NCBI GenBank assembly: GCA_038087875.1
Contig: CM075981.1
Span: forward strand, 69,316,001-69,380,000
Reading direction: 5' to 3'
From: Malacoraja senta
Taxonomy: Eukaryota
DNA length: 64,000 bases
The notes beneath the pieces were generated by a model. That model searched no databases. It was not told where the DNA came from and worked only from the letters and a program-made list of their open reading frames with translations. The position numbers were made by a program, and so were the translations under genes. This document shows positions 36,766-50,417 of this stretch, piece by piece. How positions within the stretch are numbered: the first letter of the stretch is position 1; the number at the start of each line of letters is the position of its first letter.

Positions 36766-39700
36766 GAACACAAGGGTTGAAAGAGTGGTGAAGGGTGAGC
36801 TGTTCATCACATTCAAAATAATACAGAGAAGAACTCTTGAGATGGATTTAATCTAAATAGCTCATTTTTGGCCACTGACATACATGTCCCCCTTCTGTAC
36901 TGTAAAGTCCCATTAACGTGTGAACACCGTGGATGTATTTAAGGTGAATCTAGCTGCAAGATAAGAAATTAGTGATATGGTATTGGAGTCAGATTAATTT
37001 GGGTAGAAAGCTCATCCACATAGTTCAATGAGCCTGGTGCCCTGTTTCCATGCTGTAAATCATACTTAAACATCAAATATGCATGTTAATTATAACCCAT
37101 CCCTTATGAGTGGTGATTAACCTTTTGAATTACAAGTTTTTGAGTTGAACTGAGATTGAATTAATGTGCAATTATTGGAAGCATTCTGGGTACATGTAAC
37201 CCTCTTTTCTCAGGCTGTGTGTGGTGACAAGGCCTACAGTTACTACTCATACTTTGAGAAGGTGGCAGTGGGATCTTCAGATCATTAGAGTCCATCTGAT
37301 TAATGGATTCTTACTGTGAAATTAGGATGACAATTCCAGTACTTAGATCCAATACTTCCAAGCCAGGATAGTATGTGACTTGGAGGGGAATTTGGAGAAG
37401 GTTACATACCCATGAACTGGCAACCCAAATGTCATCTCCAAACATTTCAATCCTGGTCAGTACTTAGATGAGAGATCAACCTGGATGCAGCAGATGCAAC
37501 CAGATGCAACTGTCGAGGGGAAATAATTCAACCAGCAGACTGAATTGTGAAATGATCCGTCAAATTGCATTGCACATGGTACACAAAAGCACTTTGATCT
37601 ACTGACTTTGTGGCTACCTATTTATTATGCTTTAATGTGAGGAGCTCTTTGCACATTAAAGTTCTGGAGTAACTCAGTTGGTCAGGTAGAATCTATGGAG
37701 AACACAGTTGACATTTTGGGTCGGGACCCTTGTTCAGAATGATTGGAGGGAGAGGAAGAATTCTGGGAGAGAGGAGAAGCAGGACAAAGTGAGGTAGGTG
37801 GGGCACAGGGCAGGGGAGGGGTGGGGTGGGGAGAAACGGGGTGGTGGGTGTGGTGGATAGAGAGGAGGGGGGGGAGGGGCGGTTGTTGTTAACCTAACAT
37901 TGGAGAATTGAATGTTCTGCCTGTTGGGTTGTAAGCTACCGAACCTTTGTACATTGTTGGCTGTGTATTAATTTCAAACTGGCTCTCAATGTCTGTGCCA
38001 GAGTCCTGGTAACATCACGGACTATCTGGATGCAATGCCATTGTGCTAGAAACTGCAAGCACCCGGGGAGAACATCTAAATTACAAGAGGAAATAACAAG
38101 TTTTATTTTAATGGAAGAGTTAATAGCCAGACAATAATATAACAGTTTTAAAGGAATCCAACAGCCAGACACTCCCTTCAATGCGTTTCCCACTTTTTCT
38201 CTGGCTATGTTTTTTTCAATTATTTGCTCACTGGGCTAAAGAGAACACTGTGTCCAGACTCACTGAGGTCACGATATCTAATTATCGCATCTTCCCCTGC
38301 CAGTCAGGTATGAACTGTACCGGCGGAAAAGTTAAATACTGTACAGTGAATATTCCAAATCTGTCAATTCAAATCCCTTTTTATTTGTCAGAATTATATT
38401 GTTTCCCGAAACGTAAATAAAATGGATGAGACGAGATTTCAGCGGCGTTAAAACTTATAGAGTGAGATTGCATCAAGTGTAGCCTGTCCCCTGTTAGCCG
38501 AGAGTAATGCAGGAAATGTTTGGTAAACGGGACGTTTCCTTTCAGCGTGTTTGAGATTGTAATACGTTTGATACAGTGTGCTTTATATAAACGAAAGCGG
38601 CTATGCCCCTATTTGTGCTTAAATGTTTCAGGGCGTGATACATATATCCAACGACACCTTTAAAGTATCTAAACTAACACAAACCTGAAGAAGGGTCTCA
38701 ACCCGAAATATTGCCCATTCCTTCTCTCCAGAGATGCTGCCTGTCCCGCTCAGCTACTCCAGCAAGTTCTGTCTCTCGCCGGTGTAAACCAGCATCTGCA
38801 GTTCCTTCCTACACCTCTCAGGAAATTTGTTGGGTTGCTTTCGACACCTGAAAAAAGACACCGACTGGGTTTCTGTTGACTAACCCATGCTCGATTCTGT
38901 TTTTAATGGTCTAATGAACAGAGGCGCGCTTATCAACTGACTTCAGCGGGCTAGTCAGCGAGCTATGTTACAAAACTAGCAGCTCTTCGTGGGTAGGAGC
39001 GAATGTGATGGCTTGGATAACGAGAGCATTGGTCTACATTATATACACATCTTATTGTAAAATCAAAATACTACGGGGGCTAGAAAAAATGATGTTGAAA
39101 TGCTCGGCGGGCATTGGATAGAGAAGCAGTCTTGACGCTTTAGGTGGACGAGCAGAAATGGAAGAAGATAGACACAAAAAGCTGGAGTAACTCAGCGGGC
39201 CAGGCAGCATCTCTGGAGAGAAGGAATGGATGACGTTTCGGGTCGGTCTAACATTTCATAAACCCACACAGAGTCTATTCAATCGTACAAGGTGTTGGTA
39301 TGTTATATGCACCCCTGTGTCGAACATTCGTCAACGGGAAGCATTGGTTCACTCAAATTAATTATCTAGATTTCCTTGCAATGCCTATATAGTGTGTTGT
39401 ATTAATTATGCTAATACTAATGTAATCCATTTCAACCCTATCCCGCGGATCCTCGTTCGAACAGTGCAGATATATGGTTCAACTCTGACAATTTCTCTTC
39501 TCCGCTCAAAGATAACCTACTTCAACAAAACATAATTCTATTTTGATTCTACAGTGAGCTAGGACGAATCGAAGGGCCGAAAGGTTTCCTCCTGTACCTC
39601 AACGGTCGCATGGTGTGGGAACGATGAGCTGACTGTTTTCTCTGGGGCTGGTTGAATTTAAGTTTTTGAAGCCTCCTGTTTAAATTTTGTGTCCCCAATA

Positions 39701-40345
39701 CAACATTTCTATCTCTGTGTGTTAGTCCTGTCTGGTTTAATATTACCACAGTCGCCGAATTGATGAGGCCCTGCGTTCGCTCTTTTGCCAACACTGGGTG
39801 TTTCTACTGCATTTGGGCAAACGGTTTTAACTACAAGGCGCCAGCATCGAGTACAGTTTACCGTCTCTCTGAAAGGATGTAATTAGCAGAGATCATGTTA
39901 AGGCGAGTAGGCGGGAGAATGTAGCAGGGAAGGGGAGGGGGGAGGTAGTTGGGGGGAACAAACGACTCAGAGCAAAGCAGGAATGACAACCCTTCAAACG
40001 TATCTGAGCTGACAGTTACTCGCCCGGTAATGTAAGATGATATTTGAGAGGATAGACTCGCCTGCTTTGTTTAGGGCGGACTGAATTACATAATTTAAAC
40101 TTCAACAGCATAGGCTTAAGGTGAGAGGGGAAGATTTAAATGGGTCCCAGGGGGGCAACTGTTTCATCACCAGGTCGTGCATGTATGAAACCAGCTGCCA
40201 GAGGAAGTGGCAGAGGCAGGTACAATTACAACATTTAAAAGACACTTGGACAGGTACATGGGAAGGTTTGGAAGGGTATGGGTCAGGCGCTGGCAAATGA
40301 GAGTAGCTTGGTTAGGTCAGCATGGACGAATCGGACGAAACTATT

Positions 40346-40511
40346 TGTGTAAGAAGGAACTGCAGATGCTGATTTAAATCGTAGATAGACACAAAAAGCT
40401 GGAGTAACTCAGCGGATCAGACAGCTTCTCTGGAGCAAAGGAATAGGTGACGTTTCGGGTCGAGACTCGAAACGTCACAATTTCCTTTTCTCCAGAGATA
40501 GTGTCTATCTT
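40346..40511. mobile_element. Centre-deleted palindromic Penelope-derived mini-element inserted in a LINE tail
   Basis: 13-bp TSD GGACGAAACTATT at 40333-40345 and 40512-40524. Confidence 0.82.
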
Positions 40512-41184
40512 GGACGAAACTATTCCAGTGCTCTAAAACACGACGAGTCCGTGATTAGAACTGTCAATTTACACGCATTCATGCAAACCCGTACTCAACA
40601 TTTGCAACATTTTTTTCCATATTTTTGGGATTGAATGGTATGAACCTTTAGAAAGAAATACACGACTTCAACGCCGAAATTGACCGAAATGGACATTAAT
40701 TGTCCTGGCCACTTCTAAAGTTAAGAACGAAAAGATTTGTGCATCCGTATCCCTAGAAATGTAATACAGTAATTACAGCGGCCAGTGAGCTGGCCTGTTC
40801 TGTTGCCCCCTAGTTTGTTTCATTTGATTGCCTTCAAGTCCAAATGATTAATGGGCCAAAATTAGTCAATCTGTCCCGGTCACCAATAGGTGAGATGACC
40901 CGACTAGTATTAATTATTATCGTATCAAACATCAAATCTACGGTATCTTATATATTATAACTGCGTGGGAATGTAGCGAGTCGGTCGGTCAGTCAATGAG
41001 ATTTTGCAATTATCTGGCATCCAAATACTACAAGAGGTGAAAAACAACTAAGAGTCCGCATGCATGTCGTGCAGTTCAATCGCTGTGTAAAGACATTTTT
41101 AAAAATGAATTCATCGAAGGCTCTCCCTGCAACAAAAATCTAAGTACTTTTGATCGAAAGATAGGCAAGGTTACATATAACTGG

Positions 41185-41540
41185 TGGCGGTGCAGGAAGG
41201 GACTGCGGATGCTGGTTTTCACCGAAGATAGACACGGAATGCTGGAGTAACTCAGTGGGGACAGGCAGCATCTCTGGATAGAAGGAATGGGTGACGTTTC
41301 GGGTCGAGACCCTTCTTCAGAGGAGAACTTCTTCAAAGTAGGCATACGTTGAGGAGATTTCACGGTGGGGCAGACGAAATGTGTAGGGAGGAACTGCCGA
41401 TGTTGGTTTACACCGAAGGTGGACACAAAATGCTGGAACTCTTCAGTCTGAAGAAGGGTCTCGACCCGAAACGTCACCCATTCCTTCTATCCAGAGATGC
41501 TGCCTGTCCCGCTGAGTTACTCTATCATTTTGTGTCTGTC
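41185..41540. mobile_element. Composite palindromic Penelope-derived element with two intact hammerhead cores (41293-41320 minus; 41448-41475 plus)
   Basis: 14-bp TSD TTACATATAACTGG at 41171-41184 and 41541-41554. Confidence 0.85.
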
Positions 41541-42747
41541 TTACATATAACTGGCCTGTGTAAGTTAGGTACAGAACGACGTGGCGTTCATTGCCCATGT
41601 TTATAATTTTATGAGAATTTAAGCCAGTCATTTATTGTGTACTTTTAGTCTTTTGTGTTGTTTTATGCTGTTTTAATAGGTTTAAATCGCGTTCAATTCC
41701 GATACTAGCGAAAATATTGATAATCTGGAAAAGGTCTGGATACTTATGAATAAACACGTCTGTTGCTGACAAAATTGTATTATTTTATGTCTTTCATTCG
41801 GAAAGGAATGATTTCTGAAACTATTTCAGTAAATACGTAAGCAGTACTTGATTCATTCCAGATAGTGGGCAGCTATCGATACCCGACATATCCAAGTCAA
41901 TCATATCGGGAACTAGAATGGAATCAACTGGTGGCTACTATTGGGGGTATGGGTTGCAAGGAGCCGTGAATGCGTCGTGCAAAATGTAGTTCTTTCAAAA
42001 AGTGACTATCGTTCAAAACGAAATATCAGCAATTCATCGCGAGCAGTTGAAGGGGCCTGACAACTGGCGCATCCATGTCCATCCGAATGTCCATCACAAC
42101 AGACCCGCATTCTATGGTTGGGAGGTTAAGAATTACATTTAAATCTGCAACGTAAAATAATTTTTAATGGGAAATTTGCAGCCGGCGGATATTTTTTTGT
42201 TGAAATGCCAGCGTCTTTTATAAAACCGATGTGAATTTATTCATGGGTATCTTAGCCAACATTTAGTCGCACAATATTCGCAGGGCGACACGTGAACTCT
42301 CAACTCTGATTTTTGTATATTTTCTCCTCCAGTTAGAGAAATTAAACCTTTAAAATATGCGTCCCAAATTTAGAAACAATGAGGAAAATTGCTTGCATTC
42401 AGTTTGTAACGTGGATCGTTGTTACTCTAACAACGTTCTTTGGAGAATATAATTTCGTTACCAACATAAAGAATGAACTAGCAGGCAGGCATCCCCCGTT
42501 CTTTTCACATGGGTGGCTTATTTATTTATAAAATGCAAAAATAATACATTGCAGTAATTTTTTTTAATGTTTAGCAAAATGCACAGTGCGTGCCTAGTGA
42601 TTGTTAGTTAACTTTATTATACAATTAATCAATTCTAACAGAAGTGGGACTTTGATTAACTGATTGATTATCTGCAGAAACTACTCCAAAATATCAAAAT
42701 AAAATATCAAGAGCACGGCCGTATAAAACCTGATGTATAAAACAAAG

Positions 42748-42855
42748 TTCAGTCTGAAGAAGGGTTTCGACCCGAAACGTTGCCTATTTCCTTCGCTCCA
42801 TAGATGCTGCCTCACCCGCTGAGTTTCACCAACATTTTTGTCTACCTTTGATTTC
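42748..42855 (+). mobile_element. Penelope-derived terminus with intact hammerhead core (42754-42781)
   Basis: CTGAAGAAGGGTTTCGACCCGAAACGTT; same subfamily as 31141. Confidence 0.75.
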
Positions 42856-45629
42856 CTTTAAAGAGCTTTGACCTGGTCCGATGTTACTCAGTGCAAGAGA
42901 GGAGAAGATGAACGAACTGTGTGCAGTCGATGCGCTCTGATATTTCGCGTGCTGGGTGGAAGAACTGGCGGAAATTCTGCCTGGAACCTGATCAGAAGAA
43001 TAACATTGCATTAGTTTCTATTAATCCATAACTGCCTTTTTGTTTGCTAATTTGTATGCACTAATCCAAATTTCTTCCACATAACCGCAGAATTGACAAA
43101 ATAGCACGTTTGTGTATTTCTGTTAAACTGTAGACCTCCCTATGCTTTTTAACTGACACGAGATCTTAAGCACTTCTGCCGGCGCAAAGGTATATAATTA
43201 GACGTGTATGCAGATCAAAACATTGCACGGGCCTCTTCAGACGTTCCAGCTAGTGTGCAGCCGAGAGAACACACTCGCCGTGTGATCAGACAACGCGAAC
43301 TTCCGTATGTCTAGTCAGTGCATGGGGAAACAGACCTGCAGCGTACCTGAGTTTTGTTGACAAGATTGTTAACTAGACCATCCTAAATTATCACCATTCC
43401 CCGTTAATAACAGAGCAGCAGAAAGCGCAGCGAAAGATAACCGTGAAAGGTAACCTGCCCACAGTTGAACACTGGACAATTCTTTCACCTAGAAGCAGGA
43501 AATGTACGATTCGCATCTGGGTGTTCAGGCCCCACTCACTCCCCGATTAAAACTAAACTCTCTGCCTCCCAATTCTCTGCCGTGAACCTTCATGTTTTGT
43601 GATAAAGTGCCTCAGACCCATACAGAATCAATTAAGACCACTTCGATATTTTTGTTTGGCTGAACAGCCGCCTGGGATTCGTTAAGGATCCCGCAGACAA
43701 TCAGATCCCAGTTGGAAAAAATATCAAAATAATTCCACCCTTCATCCCAGCAGCAACATCGTTCCTGGTCTTTGGTTTTCTCTCACCCACTCCGAATACC
43801 CACAGGGCTAGCCTTTGATCGATAGTCTACCCAAGTCCATCTTGTGAAAACATTAACAATCAAAATAATATATATATACTTGGCAAACTAAGACAACGAC
43901 ATCCGCCTGGACCTTCTGCACTCTTGTTATCTTTCGTAATTAATCTTGTTTCACTTTAACAAAACCCTGACAACATTCAGTATCAGTCCAGATCAAACGC
44001 CAATCCTCGCAGAAAGCTACTGTATATCCGAAGAAAGTCCCCAAGGTCGTTTCGCCTTGGTGTTAATTTGGTTCATAATTCATTTCGGGAAAAAGCAGCA
44101 CCCGGTCACCATCGTTTAGAAAAAAAACGGTGCCGACGGATTCTGGTGTCTTTTAAAGAAGTTTTGTCGATTTTGCCATTTTTTCTTAAACATAGCACCA
44201 AAGCCAAGGCAACACACTTATATTAGAATGCATTTGGGCAGTTGTCATCAAGGTCCGTCAAACATCACCTCACCAAAAGAGCCGGACACCAATCGATCAT
44301 CATCTGATTGTCATTTTCACCCCTGAACAAAGCAGTTAGCCGGGACCTATGGACGTTCATATTTTCTCACATTTTATCGCTATTTTTTAAAGGACTTCTT
44401 ACCGCCTTCCATCTCAGGTAACGAGAGGGAGTGTAATTTTTTGATAATGTTATCATAAAATGCCCCAATAGTTTAGTCCATATATTTTTCGAGGTGTTTA
44501 TAAGGAGATGCATAGCCTCTGCATTAAACATATTTAATGTGGAGATCAACATTATAAGCCGCACCATTAAGTCGAGTTTCGTTTACACGCTTGTAAACAG
44601 CTCAGCAATTAATACCATTCAAGTTACCCCCAAGGTCCTCTGAGTTTGTGTTAAACAGCGCAAGATTTCTAAGCCACATAGCAGACGCTCCCGCTCCAGA
44701 CTATAACAACAACAAAAACAGAATGTAAGTATTGTGGAAAGTGGCAAAATAATGTGCAAACGCGTCTTCGATGCAATCTCTTGGAGTTTTACTCGAATTA
44801 TATGACAGGTGGCAAGAGGAAAAAATGACCCCAAAGGAAACCTCAAAGATATTCTGAAAAATTAATTCCTATACAGTTTGGATGGCCCCAAGCTATTTAT
44901 AACCTTTGGTCAAAAGTTGTAGCAAGTAATGAATTTGGATAGACACAAAAAGCTGGAGTAACTCAGCGGGACAGGCAGCATCTCTGGAGAGAAGGAATGG
45001 GTGACCTTCCGGGTCGAGACACTTTTTGGATTCACCAGCAATGTTTCTGGATGTAACCTTCCACAGATGGATATGGCGAGACCCATATCACAGAAGGGAC
45101 AGAGGATAAGAAAAGCGAACTGTAATGGGAAGGGAGAAATCCATCAATACTCTCTGAAATCAATTCTTTGGAAATTAACGTGAAATAATAAACATCAAAC
45201 GTAATAAAATTATCATGTCTACTACTTATCTGGCAAAACTCTTTTTTATATTCGCTTCATAAAGACTCCAGTCTAGAAAACAATCCATGTATTAAAGCGT
45301 TCTTACCAAACCGAATGCGTACTGAAAACATAAATAATAACCTGTCCACATTCAGACTATAGAGCGTTAATAATTTTGCAACAGTAGACCAAATCACTAA
45401 GCTGCTTTGTCGTCAGGGAGAGGTTACACATCAGCTCCTCCGCTATATAATAACCCAGCTTCAAGCTTTGGGAAACATTGCCTGGTGTTTGGTAAACGAG
45501 TGGGAGCAGGGGAGAGGGATTCGGCGATAACATACTGAGCCAACCCTCGCAACGGGTAACACCAACACTCACAAAGGTTCCCTGACTACCCCGGGGAAAC
45601 ACTTAATGCAGGTTTAAATGCTGCAGTGG

Positions 45630-45924
45630 NNNNNNNNNNNNNNNNNNNNNNNNNNNNNNNNNNNNNNNNNNNNNNNNNNNNNNNNNNNNNNNNNNNNNNN
45701 NNNNNNNNNNNNNNNNNNNNNNNNNNNNNNNNNNNNNNNNNNNNNNNNNNNNNNNNNNNNNNNNNNNNNNNNNNNNNNNNNNNNNNNNNNNNNNNNNNNN
45801 NNNNNNNNNNNNNNNNNNNNNNNNNNNNNNNNNNNNNNNNNNNNNNNNNNNNNNNNNNNNNNNNNNNNNNNNNNNNNNNNNNNNNNNNNNNNNNNNNNNN
45901 NNNNNNNNNNNNNNNNNNNNNNNN
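45630..45924. other. Assembly gap (295 N)
   Basis: Run of N about 1 kb upstream of the SOX8 ATG. Confidence 1.
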
Positions 45925-46499
45925 AGTGAGAGCGGGAGAGAGAAATTGAGCTCTTACGCGTGTAAGTTACTTACCATGTTAAGAAGCAAAGAAGCAATCG
46001 ATATGGTCGAAAGTTTAGTGGGTTCCCGTTTAATTCAATTTAAAGATGAAATATCCACTTTAGCAAGCACATCACGACTGTCCGGTCTACACATCGAATG
46101 ATAAATAATTCGCCATTCATTTCTGAAGGGTCTGATTTATAAACGACACCTTCGGTGTGTTCACTCGCTTTAAAGGTCGGGCAACAGGATAAGCGAGCCA
46201 CATAGCGTGGAAAATGCACACTGCAACTAAACGATTTGTTTAAAAAGTAATGCATGTCTCCGAACATACACAAATATCCACACCGCTGAGATTTCAGCTA
46301 TCGTTTCTGTTCGCAGAGAAATAAGAGCTAATTGAGGTAGCACATGCACTGAAATGTTTCGTGAATCGACTTTGCAAGATGAAAATATCTTCCATCTTGC
46401 CAGAAGATTCTTGGTGAGGGCGGCCGTTTAATATTTAAATAGTTTTTTAAAAAAGTGACTGCGGGGCGTTGGGACTTTAAAAAAACGGGTCGCTCATTC

Positions 46500-46670
46500 A
46501 AGAGACTACCTCCTCTCTTTAGCGAGTGGAGCCAATCCCAGAGACGTGGGTACACTCGGGCCAATCAGGGATTCGTAGCCCGGGACTGATATAGCAGCCG
46601 TAAACAAACTTCTGACAAAAGTTTCTTTTCCCAAGTTTTCCTGAGCAGCCGCCCGGCGCGTATAGAAGGC
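46500..46670 (+). promoter_or_regulatory. Probable SOX8 proximal promoter
   Basis: Two CCAAT boxes (46532-46536, 46561-46565), TATA-like GATATAG (~46588) and TATAGAA (46661), forkhead-like GTAAACA (46600-46606), start of CpG-rich sequence ~400 bp before the ATG. TSS not determinable from sequence. Confidence 0.6.
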
Positions 46671-46956
46671 GACTTGACACTGAGCCTGTCCACAGCAGCC
46701 TCCTTATCTCCATGCTCAGCGAAATCTTTCTCCAGCATTGTCTCATTTAAACCTCCCCACCCCCCCTCCCCCCCGAATCGAAGCACGTGGCTTTAATGTG
46801 GAGAGATCGAGTTTGAAACGGCAGAGTTGAACATTAATCTTATCGCTTCTTAATTTGCCCTTTTTGGAGAGTCGAGTCGAGTTGCGTCGCGAGTTCGGGT
46901 TTCTCGCGAAGTTAAATGCACCCCTGGCGGCAGCGGTGAACCGGTTTGCCAAGTCG

Positions 46957-47378
46957 ATGCTGAATATGACGGAGGAAGGCGGGCAGGCAGCGGCCGACAC
47001 GGGCTGCAGCCCCGGGTGTAGCGGCTCCGACAGCGAGTCGGTGGGGTCGCCGGGCTCGGTGTCTGAAGGCGAGACCCAGGCGGAGGACGGCTGCCGCTCG
47101 CTGCCCGCCGCCGTGGCCGTCAAGAAGTTGGACGGCGAGGAGGACGAGCGATTCCCCGCCTGCATCCGAGAGGCGGTCAGCCAAGTGCTGAAGGGCTACG
47201 ACTGGACTCTGGTGCCGATGCCGGTGCGGATAAACGGCACGTCGAAGAACAAGCCCCACGTCAAGAGACCCATGAACGCCTTCATGGTGTGGGCGCAAGC
47301 TGCTCGCCGCAAACTCGCCGACCAGTACCCGCACCTTCACAACGCCGAACTCAGCAAAACCCTGGGCAAACTCTGGCG
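46957..47378 (+). CDS. SOX8: SOX8 coding exon 1 (N-terminus, SoxE dimerization domain, first part of HMG box)
   Basis: MLNMTEE start; [28 protein letters not shown] dimerization domain; [45 protein letters not shown] box; CG|GTAAG donor at 47379. Confidence 0.97.
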
Positions 47379-47969
47379 GTAAGGGTCGCGCCCGGCTTGT
47401 GCCGCGCTGCGTGCTTGCGGTTTGCACGACGGTCTGAGACATCCACGCGGATTCTCCACCCTCCCCCGGGGAATCGGGGAGACCTGGGGGCGAGTGAACA
47501 TGGTCCGCGGGAGCTCGCCGGCTCCTGATCCCGACCCAGGAGTAACGCCTGCCTTCCCCGCCTCCACAACGGCCCGGTGTGGCATTCTCTCCCCCCCACC
47601 ACCCACCATCCCCTCCTCTCCTTCCCCATCCACGGGCTCAGCTAAGTAACCTTTAAAAAAAAAATGGGAACATTTCTCTGCCGTATTAAAATATATTAGA
47701 ACCACTACACCCTAATTTTGAAGACAACGTTTGTTTATTTTTGTTTCATGCCTTTGCCGGTGGCAATCTCTCTCGCCCAGGGACCGCCCTCCGCCAGGCT
47801 GAATCCGCTGGGATAACGAGCCAAGATTGCCCCGAGCTGGGTCAAGCCCCTCCGGCTCTGTGACTTGCTTTGATTCGATCCCAACCCCACTCCGAGTACA
47901 ATCCGAGCGCATTACGCAGCGCTCCAATATGGGTCCGTCTTGAGATTGGTGGGCGAGAAGGCTTCAGCC

Positions 47970-48051
47970 AGTCTGAAGAAGGGTCTCGACCCGAAACGTC
48001 ACCCAGAGATGCTGCCTGTCCCGCTGAGTTATTCCAGCATTTTGTGTCTAT
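47970..48051 (+). mobile_element. Penelope-derived terminus in SOX8 intron 1 with intact hammerhead core (47973-48000)
   Basis: CTGAAGAAGGGTCTCGACCCGAAACGTC; CTTCAGCC direct repeat at 47962-47969 and 48052-48059. Inverted family member at 48436-48556. Confidence 0.8.
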
Positions 48052-48673
48052 CTTCAGCCTATTGAGCTGGTTGGTGACCCCCCCACCCCCCCCCCCTCTT
48101 CCCTCTCCCTCTCCCCAAATATTGAGCAGGTTTTAGCGGGCGGAGCGGCCGTCGAACCCTCTAACCCCTTTGCACGGCTTGCAAAGACCTGCGAGCCGAG
48201 AGATGCAGCGAGCGGGAAGCTAACGTGCTCAGCATGTAAACACTGCAACTGGAGATTCGCAACGGGGACCTTTGTGGAAGGAAGATAGGCGTTTCTATTG
48301 AAACCTCTTTGGACGCTGATATAGATCATACAAGTTTTATGTGGGAGGAACGATTGTCCGGTCTGAAATCCCCAATCCGTTCATTATTAGTCTTCGTTCT
48401 CGGTCAAGGTGCCGGGTGGACGTGAGGTGGAGTTATGTGTAGGAAGGAACTGCAGGCGCTGTTTTACATTGAAGATAGACACAAAATGCTGGAGTAACTC
48501 AGTGGGTCAGGCAGCATCGTTGGGGAGAAGGAATGGGCGACGTTTCGGGTCGAGATTTCAAAGGTAGATTATCCCAGGGGGGTGGGGGAAAGAGCGGGCT
48601 AGAGAGTGGGTTCTGCTGGCCGGGGTTTCTGCCAAGCCGCGACTGACCCACTGCCCTTGCCTTCCTTCCATAG

Positions 48674-48915
48674 CTTGCTGAGCGAGAGCGAGAAGCGTCC
48701 CTTTGTGGAAGAGGCGGAGCGCTTGCGGGTGCAACACAAGAAGGACCATCCCGACTACAAGTACCAGCCCCGCCGCAGGAAGAGCGTGAAGAACGGCCCG
48801 GCCGACGCGGAGCAGGGCGCCGATCAGAACCACCTGGCCGTCGGGCAGATGTACAAGGAGGGCCTGACGGCGGCGAGGGTGACCTCCGACAGCCAACACC
48901 CGCCCGAGCACGCAG
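48674..48915 (+). CDS. SOX8: SOX8 coding exon 2 (second part of HMG box)
   Basis: Pyrimidine tract plus TAG acceptor (48671-48673); [36 protein letters not shown]; G|GTGAG donor at 48916; phases 2/1 fit the neighbouring exons. Confidence 0.97.
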
Positions 48916-49847
48916 GTGAGCAGCCGAGAGTTGGAGGGCTGGGGTCTTGCGAGCGGTGTGGTGGGGGTTGGAGGGGTGCGCTACTCCAGTGACAAAGCCA
49001 AGAAAGCGAGCGAGGATAACAGAGCAGGTCCGAGGACAATAATCGACTAACTGGTCGTTTAACCATTTAACGCCCTGGTCACTTTGCCTAAGCATCTTGC
49101 ACCGAAGAGTTTATCAGAATGCAACTTAGCCTGGTCTCAAATTTAACAGTGCCCAGTCTTTATTCAGGAGAAACCACAATGATTGGTTTGGGTTAAGGAG
49201 TTTCTGGCCCGGTTGCGCTGTCCATTGAGAGACAAAAAAAATTGACTCCATTTGCAATTAAAACAGAAAATGCTGGGACTACTCAGCGGGTCAGGCCGCG
49301 TCTGTTGGAAGAGAGACAGCGTTGACGTTTCAGGTGGAAGATTCTTCGCTTTTCTGAAATTTGTTCTCCATCTACCGGGGTCAAAAGGTCTACTTCCCTT
49401 CCCGAATACTGTCACCTGTACACGTTTCCGATTCACCACGGATTTGGCCCTCGGGACAAAAGGCTAGGAGTTAACGAAAGAGACAGTTTGGACCCTCTAA
49501 CTTACATCAACCCCGTGTACAAAACGAATTGATGGGACTTTTCATTTATTTGCGCTTTCAATACACTTTTCGCATAATTGCGAAAATATTCCAACTGGTG
49601 GCATAAAGTTCTGCGGGAAGATGAGAGAACCCGATGTTGTCTTCCTACCAGCAGAGATGGTTAAAGGGGAGGGTCAATAGTATGGGTGATGAAGTGAATG
49701 GTTTCGGTTGGCAGGGAGGGGATGAGGAGACGAGTGTTTCCCCGACAGTTCGGTGCAGCTTGGCTTACTACAAGAGACGGCAGAAAATAGATTCAGCAGC
49801 AGTCTCGGGGCGCTGAGGGCCGTAGTCCTCTTTCGTATTGTTTGTGA

Positions 49848-50150
49848 AATGTGTGCGTGTACATTTATTATATACACACATATATGTGTATACATTTTAT
49901 ATTTCATATCATATATATATATTTATATTATAAAGATATATTCATTCCATAAAATCTATATAATATATATGTATATGTGTATTCATAATATATATGGGTA
50001 TGTGTGTATATACACACACTGAACTTTTTTTCTCATTTATTATATTGTTTACAGTGTACTATATTTACATTTTCTATTGTGCTACTGCAAGTAAGAATTT
50101 AATTGTTCTATCAGGGACATATGACAATAAAACACTCTTGACTCTCTTGA
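49848..50150 (+). repeat. (TA)n/(CA)n-rich low-complexity tract followed by a Rex-like 3' tail in SOX8 intron 2
   Basis: Direct inspection; tail ATGACAATAAAACACTCTTGACTCTCTTGA. Confidence 0.8.
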
Positions 50151-50417
50151 AAATGTGTTCAGTGGTGACTTTTGAAGGGTATTTGAGATACATTGGAAAG
50201 GGTAGTGGGGTTGGGGGAGGATTGTGGGGCCAGGGTGAAAGAGCATGAAGAAGTGACTGGTTGGATAACTCTTGCACAGTTTCAATAGCCCAGGGACCTC
50301 TTAATGCTTTGTGTGATTTTTTTTAAAGTGTTAACACCACTCCCCGTGGCTGTCGTGTAATTGTTTGCTCTATTTCTGACTTCTGTAGTAAAGGCCTGTC
50401 CTTTTGTTCTTAATCAG

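Noticed and set aside
45618-45949. ORFs of X residues
   Set aside because: Artefacts of the assembly gap.
46855-46956. N-terminal extension of SOX8 in the ORF track (MPFLESR...)
   Set aside because: It starts at TTG, not ATG, and SoxE similarity begins at MLNMTEE (46957).
46743-49095. Long antisense ORFs overlapping SOX8 exons (46743-47165, 46912-47442, 48499-49095)
   Set aside because: Expected shadows of GC-rich coding sequence with no independent evidence.
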